A stretch of DNA of 58,091 bases from Verrucomicrobiota bacterium (GTDB taxonomy: Bacteria > Verrucomicrobiota > Verrucomicrobiia > Limisphaerales > JADLHS01): positions 1 to 58,091 of the forward strand of contig JANXWY010000202.1 in NCBI GenBank assembly GCA_025350905.1. The letters are read 5' to 3'. The position numbers and the translations under genes are program-made. Below the pieces are notes generated by a model that was given only the letters and a program-made list of their open reading frames with translations, was not told the origin of the DNA and did no database searches. Below are positions 18,041 to 27,745 of the stretch, piece after piece; position 1 is the stretch's first letter; each line of letters opens with the position of its first letter.

Positions 18041-18664
18041 GACCGCCTAGAGAATAATCAGCCACCCGAAGACTTCAAGCCCTTCTTCATGGACTGCCGT
18101 CCGGCATCCAGGGCCTGGGAGATACGCCCCAAAAGTCATCCGTCGCGGCTTGGGTCACTCCCGCCGCCGAAGCGTCCACCGGGAACTTCCTCGGGGTGCG
18201 CCGCCAATTTCAGGACACACTGTCCGGGAAACTGCGCCGTGACTTCGGCTTAAAATTCTTCTTCCTAGGGGAACAACACCCGGCTGGAAATCACCGGGTA
18301 TTGCCAACCCAAACCTGTTGGTTAACCACAAGCATCTATGATAACGGCACACCCAAGCTCCACCCGGTTACTGCCATCGGGGGGAAGCTGTGGGCATGGT
18401 GCCAAAACTTAGTTTTCTCCTTCTTGGTCAGTTGAAGCCTACGGTGAAATTATCCGTGAAGGCCTAACCATTACTCTGTAAATGTCCCTCTACTTTCGAT
18501 GGTGACTGAGTGCCGATGGGAAACGTGAATGAGTCCAACCATTCCAAAGCAGGCGGTGCTGACGCCGCTACCGAGGTGTGGTACAGCCATTGCTAGACTG
18601 GCGCAGGCAGCCTGTAATTTTTGCAACTTCCACAGACTGCTCAAAAAGGAGTGTCGTTGTTGTG

Positions 18665-19168
18665 ATGTATATCAAGCACCTCGGCCCGGTTAACGGGAAT
18701 AAGTACCAATTGCGGGGAAGGCGTCAGCGAATCATTACGTGCATTGCACTGGCCATGTTGATCAGCGCGCTTCCCGTTCGTTCCGAAACGTTTTCCCCTC
18801 CAACGAAACCCACCCCTAACCCCTTGCCTGCGGCGACGACGACGGCGACCGTCACCAATCAATTCTCGCTAGCGATTGAACCGCGGCCCAAGAACTACCC
18901 GGCAACCAACGGAGTTTATGCCGGATCCAGCGATGCCACGCGCCGGGTCTTGGCGGCGGCGACTTTTTTGAATAAGCAGCAGGTTGCGGCGAAAGGATCC
19001 TTCGGCAGTCTCTTCAGCACCAAGGTCGGCGAGCGCGGGTTTAGTATCGCCGGCATTCAAGCTGGTTACGGTATGGTGTGTTTGGATCCGGCATACACGC
19101 ATGGCCGCAATGGCACGGCCAGGGAAGAGCCGTCCTACTTCGTTTTGAAAACTTCCCTGAAGTTCTGA
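18665..19168 (+). CDS. hypothetical small secreted protein
   Basis: ATG at 18665. It has a hydrophobic segment ITCIALAMLISALPVRSE, a Pro/Thr-rich linker and ends ...LKTSLKF. The region is low-GC (about 48% spot count). Coding status is uncertain. Confidence 0.35.
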   Translation: MYIKHLGPVNGNKYQLRGRRQRIITCIALAMLISALPVRSETFSPPTKPTPNPLPAATTTATVTNQFSLAIEPRPKNYPATNGVYAGSSDATRRVLAAATFLNKQQVAAKGSFGSLFSTKVGERGFSIAGIQAGYGMVCLDPAYTHGRNGTAREEPSYFVLKTSLKF

Positions 19169-19384
19169 AGGCGGCGAAGCGACAGCGTTCGTCGTTTCCA
19201 TCGTCGGTGTGACGTCCTTTATGCCGAGCGGTTCGCGGTCGCCGCGGAATACGACAAATGGCCCAGTCCTGCCTGGAAAAGTCAACTCTTGTGGCCGGCC
19301 AAAATACAGCCGCGCGCAGCTTGATGCGTCCGATGTCGGCCTCGGGAACGGTAAAAGTTGGCGGAAGTCGCGGCGGAGATCAGA

Positions 19385-19909
19385 TCAGATCAGCTCCAAC
19401 TGATCTGCGGCAATTTTCACCGCCGCCGCCTGGTTGATAAAATCCAACCGCAACAGCACGGTGCTCATCCCGTGACGTTTTTCCACCCAGCCTTCCACTC
19501 CCTGCAACGGACCGCTCCGGATTCGCACCCGCGTGCCTTCCCCGATGCTTGGCGCCAGGCGGACTTCCAAGGTCGACTCCAACGCCGCGAGGATCTCCTG
19601 CAACTGCCGGGCGAAGGTTTCCTGATCGAAAACTTCCAACAGATTGGCGACGCAGTCATTCTGACGGACGCTTGAAAAGTTTGCCTTTTGGAGTTGCAGG
19701 AAAACGTAACCGGGGAACAGCGGCTTATGGAAAACCACGGTCTTGCCGCGATATTTATGGGCGGAATTGTAGCACGGCAGCGTGACGGCCAAGCGGTGAA
19801 GCCTGCAATACTCGACCAGTTTTTTCTCCCGGCGGGGCCGGGTGTGGGCGACGACCCAAAATAAATCTGACACGCGCCGGAGAATTCGGCAGCGACCTCG
19901 CGAAGTCAA
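19385..19909 (-). CDS. NusG-family transcription antitermination paralog (NGN + KOW)
   Basis: NGN-like FWVVAHTRPRREKKLVEYC...FPGYVFLQL and KOW-like GTRVRIRSGPLQGVEGWVEK. At 174 aa it has the size and architecture of specialised NusG paralogs (RfaH/UpxY/LoaP type). Confidence 0.75.
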   Translation of the reverse strand: MTSRGRCRILRRVSDLFWVVAHTRPRREKKLVEYCRLHRLAVTLPCYNSAHKYRGKTVVFHKPLFPGYVFLQLQKANFSSVRQNDCVANLLEVFDQETFARQLQEILAALESTLEVRLAPSIGEGTRVRIRSGPLQGVEGWVEKRHGMSTVLLRLDFINQAAAVKIAADQLELI

Positions 19910-19994
19910 TCCGAACCTCGACGTGGTGCCAAGTCACGGTCGACGCCGAGGAAACTGGAAACAGAAGTCAGTGGCGTTCGCCGCCCCGTCGCCA

Positions 19995-20204
19995 CTAAAT
20001 CCGCACCTGCCGGTACGCCCCCGGCAGCCAGGCTTGCTGCGGCCGCGGCGGCCCAGCGGGCGGCCAGTCCATCGCGTTGTTTACCACGGTGCGCATTTTG
20101 TTGAACCACCAGGCCGCACGGGCCAGGCGATTTTCCCGGCGCGCCATCTGCGTCGCCGGCTTGCCGCCACCGAATCCGAGTTCCAATTGTTGATCATTTG
20201 TCAT
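19995..20204 (-). CDS. small basic hypothetical protein upstream of the NusG paralog
   Basis: The ATG at 20204 is preceded by GAAAGG 7-12 nt upstream. The 69-aa product reads MTNDQQLELGF...RRENRLARAAWWFNKMRTVV. It is on the same strand as the NusG paralog and ends 86 nt before it. Confidence 0.4.
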   Translation of the reverse strand: MTNDQQLELGFGGGKPATQMARRENRLARAAWWFNKMRTVVNNAMDWPPAGPPRPQQAWLPGAYRQVRI

Positions 20205-20674
20205 AATTGCCTTTCAATTTGCGATCCCAGCTTGGCTGGTGGGGTCGGACAAAAACGGTCCAAGGCAAAAGATTTTTTGGAAATTGCTGTCATCGGAAAC
20301 TCCGCGACGAGCGGAACTATATTGGGTAAGGGCGTCGCGCGGCGCCGCGCCGCTGATCAGCTCCGCCGCGAGCTGATTCCGGCCCCGCACGAGTCCGGGG
20401 TGAAAACTTCAACCTCCGTCGTGGCCCTTGCGTTAGGAAGCAAAGCTCTCCCCGGGTGCTTGAAGTACTACCCTTCGGCGTACGCCGGTGCCGATGGAGG
20501 AGCTTTCGGGGCCGATGGCAGCCATTTGGACGCATACGGTGGCAAAGCGCAGCGGCGACCCGGCGTTGCCATCACGGGCTGGGTGGGTTTCCAAGTCCGC
20601 CGGAACGGGTGTCAAAAACGGCGGGGCACGTCGTTTCCAGCCGCACTCTAAAAGCCACCCGCGGCGGGTTTCGA

Positions 20675-21220
20675 TCAACCGCTTCGGCTCGGGGAGTGGC
20701 ACTCCGTTCGTTGGCGGCTTCCCAGAATTTCCCGCACTGCCTCCACCGTGCGGCCCGTCACCTGCGCCACGCGTTGCGCGTATGCCTCGTCGCCGAGCGT
20801 TTGCGGGATGGCTCGGCACTGGTTTTCCGCCTCGGCCTCCCGCCACAAGTTCGGAAAGTCCCGGCATTGCTGCGGCTTTACAGATTGGACGGAGCAATCA
20901 TGGCCCATAAGAAAAACGCAAGCGCCGCTGGGCTTTTCCTGCAAGGCCAGTCCCTGGCGGTCGTGCGTCAAGCGCGTGAAGCGTTGAATGAACTCCGTTT
21001 CGCCGAGTTCCAGAAAGTCCGCGAGCCGTGCAATCTCGGCCTCCGTCAAGCGCACTTGTCCTGGCCAGCGACAGCAGGCCGTGCAGCGTTGACACTCGTG
21101 AAAGATCGGCACGGACGGACCATAACGGGTACGACGGCCTGTGCCAAGGAACAGTCGAACAGTCGCACGCCTTCCGGCCCGACATTCAGCGGCGGTTGGA
21201 CGTTTGCCCGCGGACTTCAT
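20675..21220 (-). CDS. YkgJ-family (CxxCxxCC) cysteine-cluster protein
   Basis: It has HECQRCTACCRWPG plus the downstream Cys residues ACVFL...DCSV...CRDFP, typical of UPF0153 zinc/iron-chelating proteins. Confidence 0.75.
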   Translation of the reverse strand: MKSAGKRPTAAECRAGRRATVRLFLGTGRRTRYGPSVPIFHECQRCTACCRWPGQVRLTEAEIARLADFLELGETEFIQRFTRLTHDRQGLALQEKPSGACVFLMGHDCSVQSVKPQQCRDFPNLWREAEAENQCRAIPQTLGDEAYAQRVAQVTGRTVEAVREILGSRQRTECHSPSRSG

Positions 21221-21397
21221 TATGTGCCGTCGTTTTCGGCTGCGGCGAATTAACGGAGGGTGGCCATTCCTTCCTGCGGAATCATTATTCTGGATTTCCT
21301 CCTGGTTTCTTTCGTTGAATTTGTTAGGGTAACCGCACGATTATTTCCTCGCCGAACCCAGACGCAGTTAGCATTTTTCCGAACGCGAACCAACATC

Positions 21398-21820
21398 TTG
21401 CTCCATCAAGCTTTCCACGAACTGACGCTCGCCACGCACGGACGCGGGCTTTATGACTTCACCAGCGAGGTCGCTGCTTGGATCGCCAAAGGTGGTATCC
21501 AGAATGGCCTCGTCACGTTGCACCTGCAGCACACATCAGCTTCGCTGCTCATCCAGGAGAATGCGGATCCGGACGTGCGCGCCGATCTCGAGCGTTTCTT
21601 TAAGCGCCTCGTACCCGACGGCGATCCCCTGTTTGCCCACACCTGCGAGGGCACGGACGACATGCCCGCCCACATCCGCACCGCGCTCACCACCGTCAAC
21701 CTCAGCCTGCCCTTGCGCGGCGGTCGACTCGCGCTGGGCACGTGGCAGGGCATTTACCTGTGGGAACATCGGCTGGCGCCGCACTCACGCCGAGTAACGC
21801 TCCACTGCTTTGGCGAATAG
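21398..21820 (+). CDS. YjbQ/UPF0047-family protein
   Basis: It contains ...GLYDFTSEV..., LVTLHLQHTSASLLIQENADPDVRADL, EGTDDMPAHIRTALT and LGTWQGIYLWEHR. The TTG at 21398 gives the usual length of about 140 aa. The ORF-track start at 21260 adds an atypical extension. Confidence 0.8.
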   Translation: MLHQAFHELTLATHGRGLYDFTSEVAAWIAKGGIQNGLVTLHLQHTSASLLIQENADPDVRADLERFFKRLVPDGDPLFAHTCEGTDDMPAHIRTALTTVNLSLPLRGGRLALGTWQGIYLWEHRLAPHSRRVTLHCFGE

Positions 21821-21959
21821 TCACCCGACGCGGCGACGGCCGGGAGTCGGCCCGGCGGACCGCCCTGCGTTGCCCCGCGCCGGCGACTCGATTTCGACTG
21901 CGAGCTTGTGGAAGCCGCCGGTCCGGTCCACTGTCCCCGGCGTCCACGAACGCTCGGTT

Positions 21960-23513
21960 ATGAAAACTCGATCCCCGTTCCAACTTCGGTTTCCGGTCGC
22001 ACTGGTTGCACTGTTGGCGCTGGTCAACATGCGTCCGCTCGCGGCCGCGGCCGAAGCCACCGCCACCGTCAATGTCCTCCTTTGGTTCGACACGGAGGAT
22101 TATTTGCTACCGGCCTCCGACGACGCAGCTAAGCGCCTGGGCGAGCTCCTCACCGCGCGCGGCATCCGCGCTACGTTCAAGATGGTGGGCGAAAAAGCGC
22201 GTGTGCTGGAACGGCGCGGACGCCATGACGTCATCGCCGCGTTGAAGCAACACGACATTGGTTACCATTCCGATTTCCACTCGGTTCATCCGACCCCGAC
22301 GGAATACCTGGCCGAATGCGGCTGGCAGGACGGTATGGCGGAGTTTGTGCGGCGCGAAGGCGACGGCGCGGCCGACGTGCGGCGCATTTTCGGCGTGTCC
22401 ATCCTTTCGTGCTACGGTCAACCAGGTTCGTCCTGGGGACCGCAGGCGGTCGCGGCGCTCCCGCAAATCGGCGTCGCACCCCACGGCGTGCCCTGCTACG
22501 TGGATGAAGATTCCCATGTGGGATTGGACGACCGTCCGTTTTGGTACGCGGGCGCCTTAAACGTCTTTCGCATGCGATCAAACCTCGCGCGCATGGAACT
22601 TCACGAGCCAGGCGCGGTCGAGCCGGCAAAGAAAAAGGTATCGGCCATCGCCGACCGGCTGCGACGCGAGGGCGGCGGCCTGATCAGCATCTTTTATCAT
22701 CCCTGTGAGTGGGTGCATCGCGAGTTCTGGGATGGGGTGAACTTTGCGCGGGGTGCGAACCCACCGCGCGAACAGTGGAAACCGCCGCGTCAACGACCCG
22801 CGGAAGAAACTGACGCCGCCTTCAAACGTTTCGCCGACTATGTTGATTACATCCGCGCCCTTCCTGACGTGCACTGGATCACGGCCAATGATCTGCCAAT
22901 GCTTTACCCGGACCTCATCCGCTCCGAAGGTGCAAGCGAAGCCGACCTCGATGAACTCGCGCAACAAATCAACCAGCGGAGCACCGACGGGGTGGACTAC
23001 CAACGTATCGGCGCGCGGGTCTATTCGGTCGCGGACCAGTTCGAGTTGCTGACGCTCGCGCTGAACGAAGTGATGGCGGGCCGCGCGGTGACGTTCCCGC
23101 TCAAGGCCGGCGGGCTGTTCGGTCCGGATGCGCCGCCGCCGGCATCTTCGCGGACGAACCTCAGTGGATTGGAATTCCGCGATGGGACGCGCGCGGTGCA
23201 TGAGTTCATTCGCGTCGAGCGCCGGGTGCCGGCCCGCGTGTTCGTTGGTGCCGAGGCCGTGCCGCCCGCCGTTTTTCTCGCGACCATGGCGGCCGCCTGG
23301 AGTTTCCATCGCCAATCAGGCCAACCGCTCGTCGGGCAACCCGTGGCGCTGGGCCACGACTTGCGAGTAATTCCGGAGCGCTACGTCGCCAAGGACACGC
23401 CGGAACTGTTTGGCAACTGGGTGATTCACCGGGCCGGTTTCAGTGCGCCCAAGCTGATGGAATTGGCGCGACTGCAGGCCTGGACGTTGAAACCCGCGAC
23501 GGCGAAGCCGTGA
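21960..23513 (+). CDS. secreted polysaccharide-deacetylase-like protein (tentative)
   Basis: ATG at 21960 with signal-like MKTRSPFQLRFPVALVALLALVNMRPLAAAAE. The block LLWFDTEDY...GIRATFKMVG...DIGYHSDFH resembles CE4/deacetylase-fold proteins. The assignment is weak. Confidence 0.45.
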   Translation: MKTRSPFQLRFPVALVALLALVNMRPLAAAAEATATVNVLLWFDTEDYLLPASDDAAKRLGELLTARGIRATFKMVGEKARVLERRGRHDVIAALKQHDIGYHSDFHSVHPTPTEYLAECGWQDGMAEFVRREGDGAADVRRIFGVSILSCYGQPGSSWGPQAVAALPQIGVAPHGVPCYVDEDSHVGLDDRPFWYAGALNVFRMRSNLARMELHEPGAVEPAKKKVSAIADRLRREGGGLISIFYHPCEWVHREFWDGVNFARGANPPREQWKPPRQRPAEETDAAFKRFADYVDYIRALPDVHWITANDLPMLYPDLIRSEGASEADLDELAQQINQRSTDGVDYQRIGARVYSVADQFELLTLALNEVMAGRAVTFPLKAGGLFGPDAPPPASSRTNLSGLEFRDGTRAVHEFIRVERRVPARVFVGAEAVPPAVFLATMAAAWSFHRQSGQPLVGQPVALGHDLRVIPERYVAKDTPELFGNWVIHRAGFSAPKLMELARLQAWTLKPATAKP

Positions 23514-23653
23514 CGTCCTTGATCTAGCTTCGGTACGGCCTTGATCTCCTGGCCAAGGTAACGGCCGAACCCCTTTACCTAGGCGATGCGGCCAGGCAAT
23601 TTTAGCCGGATCAGGTGCGTGAGAAACGCTGGTCCCCGCGCTGCTCAAGAGGG

Positions 23654-23692
23654 CAGCCGCCGCGGTCAGGGAAGTTTTCGCCGCGGCGGCTG
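23654..23692. terminator. GC-rich stem-loop between convergent genes
   Basis: CAGCCGCCGCGG (23654-23665) and CCGCGGCGGCTG (23681-23692) form a perfect 12-bp stem with a 15-nt loop. No U-tract follows on either strand, so terminator function is uncertain. Confidence 0.25.
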
Positions 23693-23893
23693 AATTGGGG
23701 AGGCTCGCCGAAATGATCGCAGTGCCGGTTCATCGGCTGCCCTCGGGCGACCGCGAACTGGGGCGCGCCGAATTTGCGCATACCGTCGCGCGCCCCGCTA
23801 AAATCTGCTGCCTTTCTTTGCGGACAGGTCGGTTGCCGATGCGTAATTTCCTCGCGGCGTGATGGCCCAGCCGGGGGCTCATGGGTTGAGTCG

Positions 23894-25708
23894 CTATTGC
23901 CCTGCGGGGTGAGGTCCAGACTCGGCGGCCCGCTGCGCGAACTCGCGATTCTCCGGCACGGCGAGGCACAACTTTCCATAGGTCTCATGTGCTGCGGGAT
24001 AATCCTTTTGTCGCCATTGGATATCGGCGAGCTGCTCCAGCGCCGGGACCTGCTGGGCATCCAGCGCGAGCGCCCGACGGCAGGCGCGTTCGGCATCGGC
24101 GTCGCGCCCGGCCGCCACGTAACCCCGGCTCAGGTTGTTCCAGGCGGAAATTGCTTTGGGGGTTTGTTGTACCGCCAGTTCGAAGAAGGGAATCGCTTCC
24201 GCCGGCCGGCCCTGAAGTGCTTTGGTGACGGCCAGCGCGGTGGTGACGAACGTGGACTTGGGGAACAGTTCGTGGAGCTGGAACGTCGTCGCCTCAACCG
24301 CGGGCCATTCCGGCGACTGGCTCGCCAGCGTGGGTGCGATTACGAGCTCCGGAAGCTGACCGGCCTTCGTGACGCTGGTGAATACGGTTTTCATATGGGG
24401 CAAATTGAAGGCGGCGGCGACCGCGTTGTTCTGTACCCGCTCGGAAGTCGGGCCGTCGAGATGGGTTTGCATGAAGAGGGTCAGCTCGTCGTGCCAAATC
24501 CACGAGCGATGCCAGGCAATAGCGGACCAACCCAAGAGCACCAGCGTGGACAGCGTCAGCGCCAGTCGGCGGTGCGGGATCCACAGCGCCAGGCTGCCAA
24601 GCGCGACGATCCAGCCGACGAGCGGGAGAAACAGAAAGCGTTCCGCGCAGAACTGCATCATGGGAATGAGGTTGGAATACGGCAGCATGAACAGCAGCAA
24701 CCAAAGCAAGCCAGCACCCACCAACACGCGCCGCCGCCGGAACGCCAGCGCCGTGAGAACCAGCAAACCGGCGATCACTGCGGCGCCGACGATCACCACG
24801 GGCGCGCCCAGGGGATGGCCGGAATCCATATAGCTGTAGTCGATGCAGAACGGTGGGATCCCCGCGAGCAGCCGGGCGTAGATCGAGCCGGCGGGCAGGG
24901 TGTCGATCAACGTCTGACCGTAGCTCCCGGAAAGCGGTGCGGTCTGACTGGTGCGGCCGATGACCCAGTGGCGATGCACGACGAAGACCATCGCCAACGC
25001 CACAAAGGGAAGGCTCCGTTGGATTGCCGGCCAAGCCCCCTGGCGCAGTCGCCAGGCCAGCAACAGCGGGCAAAAAAGCGCGAACGGCACCGTGGATTCT
25101 TTCGAATACAGCGCTAGCGCAAAGAAGGCGACGGCCCATCCATAGTTCCGCGGCGTGAGCGGTTCTGGCCGGTCCCGCACGAGCGCCAGGCAGCTGGCGA
25201 GCGCAAAGGTCGTCGCCATCAAATCATCAAGACTCTTCGCCCAGCACACCACTTCCGCGACGACCGGATGGACGGCGAAGGCGGCGGCCCCGAGCCACGC
25301 GGCCCAACGGGCGGCTGGCGCCGTTTCCTGTGCGCGGCCCTCAAAGATCCGGAGCAAGACTTGAAAGAGGAGCATCGTCGCGGCGGCGAGCCACGCGATA
25401 TTCGCGAGATGAAACAGCCACGGCTGGGGCGCGCCGCCGCCGCCGAGGGCGAACAAGGCCGCGTAATGCAGCGTGCGCAGCGGACGGAAGAGGAGGAAGC
25501 CGGTCGGGTAGCTCGATTGCGCCGCCAACGAGTAAAACATTTCCGGAACGTGGCGCCACGAACGGATGCTGGGCAGATCCTGGATAAAATACTTGTCGTC
25601 CCAGACAAACTGGAAAGTGATGCATTGGCCCCAAACCAGCAACACTACCGCGGCGAGCAATGCGCCGGGCAGCCAGCGTTTCTGCACCAATATCGTCGCG
25701 GTCTTCAT
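23894..25708 (-). CDS. TMTC/PMT-like polytopic glycosyltransferase with C-terminal TPR domain
   Basis: The N-terminal loop motif FVWDDKYFI (DD/DE motif of GT-C mannosyltransferases) is followed by more than 10 hydrophobic helices and C-terminal TPRs (AISAWNNLSRGYVAAGRDADAERACRRALALD...). Confidence 0.7.
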   Translation of the reverse strand: MKTATILVQKRWLPGALLAAVVLLVWGQCITFQFVWDDKYFIQDLPSIRSWRHVPEMFYSLAAQSSYPTGFLLFRPLRTLHYAALFALGGGGAPQPWLFHLANIAWLAAATMLLFQVLLRIFEGRAQETAPAARWAAWLGAAAFAVHPVVAEVVCWAKSLDDLMATTFALASCLALVRDRPEPLTPRNYGWAVAFFALALYSKESTVPFALFCPLLLAWRLRQGAWPAIQRSLPFVALAMVFVVHRHWVIGRTSQTAPLSGSYGQTLIDTLPAGSIYARLLAGIPPFCIDYSYMDSGHPLGAPVVIVGAAVIAGLLVLTALAFRRRRVLVGAGLLWLLLFMLPYSNLIPMMQFCAERFLFLPLVGWIVALGSLALWIPHRRLALTLSTLVLLGWSAIAWHRSWIWHDELTLFMQTHLDGPTSERVQNNAVAAAFNLPHMKTVFTSVTKAGQLPELVIAPTLASQSPEWPAVEATTFQLHELFPKSTFVTTALAVTKALQGRPAEAIPFFELAVQQTPKAISAWNNLSRGYVAAGRDADAERACRRALALDAQQVPALEQLADIQWRQKDYPAAHETYGKLCLAVPENREFAQRAAESGPHPAGQ

Positions 25709-25711
25709 CCC

Positions 25712-27313
25712 TCAGGGTTTGCGCGCGACCACCACCGTCGAAAGCCCGGCCAGGGGCAGGCAGTGATCGAGCAAGCGCAGCAAAGGTGTCAGCAGATTGT
25801 AGAGTTTTAACTGCCAGGAGGTAATGGTCCGCTGGCGGCACAAGGTATTTCCCACCCACCAGGCGAGCACGCCCGCCTTATTGAAGTAGAATTGCCGCTC
25901 CACGGTGAAGCCGGCCTCCGTCATCTTCGCTTCCAGTTCGGCGGTTTGATACCGGCGGAAGTGACCGATCGCGCGATCGAAGTTGCTGTAGAGTTTCGGG
26001 TTGAACGGCACGAGGAAAACCAAGCGCGCGGCGTTGGGCAAAACCTGGTAGAGCCGTTGCAGTACGAACCGGTCGTCCTCGATGTGTTCCAAAACATTGA
26101 GGCACACGACCGTATCCGCCCGGAATTCGGTCAGGGCCGGGTAGTCGGCGGCGTCGAGCAGATCCAGCGGCGCAACTTTCACCGTGGGCAAGTGACCCCA
26201 ACGCCGGTTCAATTCGTGGAGGTATTCCGAGCGATTGTCCGTGAGCAATACATCGCCGCGTTGCTTCAACAGTTTGCTGAGATTGCCGCGACCGGACCCG
26301 AGTTCGGCGATGCGTTGGCCGAGGAAGGGTTTGATCCGCTGGAACATCCAGTCGTTGAAGCGGGGCGCTTGTTCGAGCGCGTCCAGGGCGACTTTCCCCG
26401 CATCCGCATAACGCGAACTAAAACGGTACTTGAGGATGAACCACAGGGCCGCCGCGCCGTCCCGCCACGTGATTTTCTTGCCTTCATCGTAAGTGCGCCC
26501 GTTGTAGCTGATGGGAACTTCATAAACCCGGAAGCGGTTGCGCGCGATCTTTGCCACCACTTCCGGTTCGATGCCGAAGCGATTGGACTCGAGGGGGAGG
26601 GCGCGCAGGGCCTCGGCGGTGAAAACTTTGTAGCAGGTTTCCATGTCCGTGAGGTTCATATCGTTTGCCATGTTCGACAACAACGTGAGGAGCCGGTTGC
26701 CGACCGTGTGCCAGAAATAAAGCACCTTGCGATCGGCGCCCGTAAAGCGCGAGCCGAAAACCGCATCGGCTTTGCCCGCCAAAATCGGGGCCAGCAACCG
26801 TTGGTAATCGGCGGGGTCGTATTCCAGATCCGCGTCCTGAAAAATGGCGAGGTCGCCACTCATCTCGGCGATGGCGCGCCGAATGGCAGCGCCTTTTCCC
26901 TGGTTTTTATCCTGCCGGAATATTTTCACCTCCGCATGTTTTTCCGCGAGGCGACCGGCGAGCCGCCACGTCGCATCGGTCGAAGCGTCGTCCACCAGAA
27001 TAATCTCGCGGTTCAACCCCGCCGGGAGCGGAGCGCACAACACCTTTTCGATGCACAGGTGCAACGTGGCTTCTTCGTTGTAGGCCGGAATCAGAATCGA
27101 AAGTTTGGCAAATTGCGGTTGGGCGGTACGGGTGCCCGGCCCCGACCGTGGGATGCGTGCCGGGAGCGCGCCTAGATTTGTGGCAGCGATGTCCAGATTC
27201 GAAATGTCGCGCTTGGTAGCGGTGTAGCCGCTTGAGTTGGTCGACGCCGGTTCTTCCGGCAAACGTAGGTTTTTCATGTGCGTCAGTGCTCGCGTGAACT
27301 GCCCATTAATCAA
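25712..27313 (-). CDS. GT2 glycosyltransferase (polyprenol-phosphate sugar synthase-like) fused to class I SAM methyltransferase
   Basis: The GT2 part has LSILIPAYNEE, LVDDASTD, QDADLEYD (DxD) and NQGKGAA. The C-terminal MTase part has IAELGSGRGNL ... LNVLEHIEDD. The stop lies 3 nt before the start of the TMTC-like gene. Confidence 0.8.
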   Translation of the reverse strand: MINGQFTRALTHMKNLRLPEEPASTNSSGYTATKRDISNLDIAATNLGALPARIPRSGPGTRTAQPQFAKLSILIPAYNEEATLHLCIEKVLCAPLPAGLNREIILVDDASTDATWRLAGRLAEKHAEVKIFRQDKNQGKGAAIRRAIAEMSGDLAIFQDADLEYDPADYQRLLAPILAGKADAVFGSRFTGADRKVLYFWHTVGNRLLTLLSNMANDMNLTDMETCYKVFTAEALRALPLESNRFGIEPEVVAKIARNRFRVYEVPISYNGRTYDEGKKITWRDGAAALWFILKYRFSSRYADAGKVALDALEQAPRFNDWMFQRIKPFLGQRIAELGSGRGNLSKLLKQRGDVLLTDNRSEYLHELNRRWGHLPTVKVAPLDLLDAADYPALTEFRADTVVCLNVLEHIEDDRFVLQRLYQVLPNAARLVFLVPFNPKLYSNFDRAIGHFRRYQTAELEAKMTEAGFTVERQFYFNKAGVLAWWVGNTLCRQRTITSWQLKLYNLLTPLLRLLDHCLPLAGLSTVVVARKP

Positions 27314-27745
27314 AGGTTCGGTCTGAGGTCGTTCGAAAGCAGGCGGAAGGCCAGAGTTGCGGATTACAAAATTTAACGCGATCCGGTTCCTGGCGCCGGG
27401 TGGTTACGGCGAATTCAATGGTGTCGACTTTGGCGAACGAACCGGAATCGCCGAGCGATTTCTGCCGACTTAGTTTGCCCCTTTCGTTGGCTCGCCGGAG
27501 TTTGCCTGGCGCCGGGAGGATGACCGAAAGGAGGCGGACGAGTCCCCCGGCCACCGTCGACGATGGACCGGCTTCGTCAATGACGACGTTTTGGTAATTC
27601 GGCGGCGCCGATTCTTTGCCTGACGTGCGCCGCAACGACGCTGACACGATCACCGACGAGCTACGGGCGATTCCAGCTTGTCACCTGCTCCAGCGTGTTT
27701 CACTCTGGCGGCACTGATCGCACCAACCGCTGAAAGAAAGTAACT

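Noticed and set aside
17966-18577. tRNA-Val might be the attachment site of a genomic island, given the adjacent low-GC patch.
   Set aside because: The low-GC DNA lies on the 5' side of the tRNA, whereas islands normally integrate at the 3' end. I found no direct repeat of the tRNA 3' half and no integrase.
20841-20870. CGGAAAGTCCCGGC resembles the conserved GAGGAAAGUCCGGGC core of RNase P RNA.
   Set aside because: It lies inside the well-supported YkgJ-family CDS. None of the other conserved RNase P blocks is nearby.
23611-24096. An ORF lies between the deacetylase-like and TMTC-like genes, with an internal 56-aa Cys-containing candidate (MRKFGAPQF...CDHFGEPPQF...).
   Set aside because: It overlaps the 3' end of the TMTC-like gene on the same strand in another frame, and it has no recognisable features. 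The evidence is too weak to call it.
27306-27653. A 115-aa ORF lies upstream of the GT2-methyltransferase gene.
   Set aside because: It has no motif and no convincing start context, and it occupies the divergent promoter region. I leave it unannotated.
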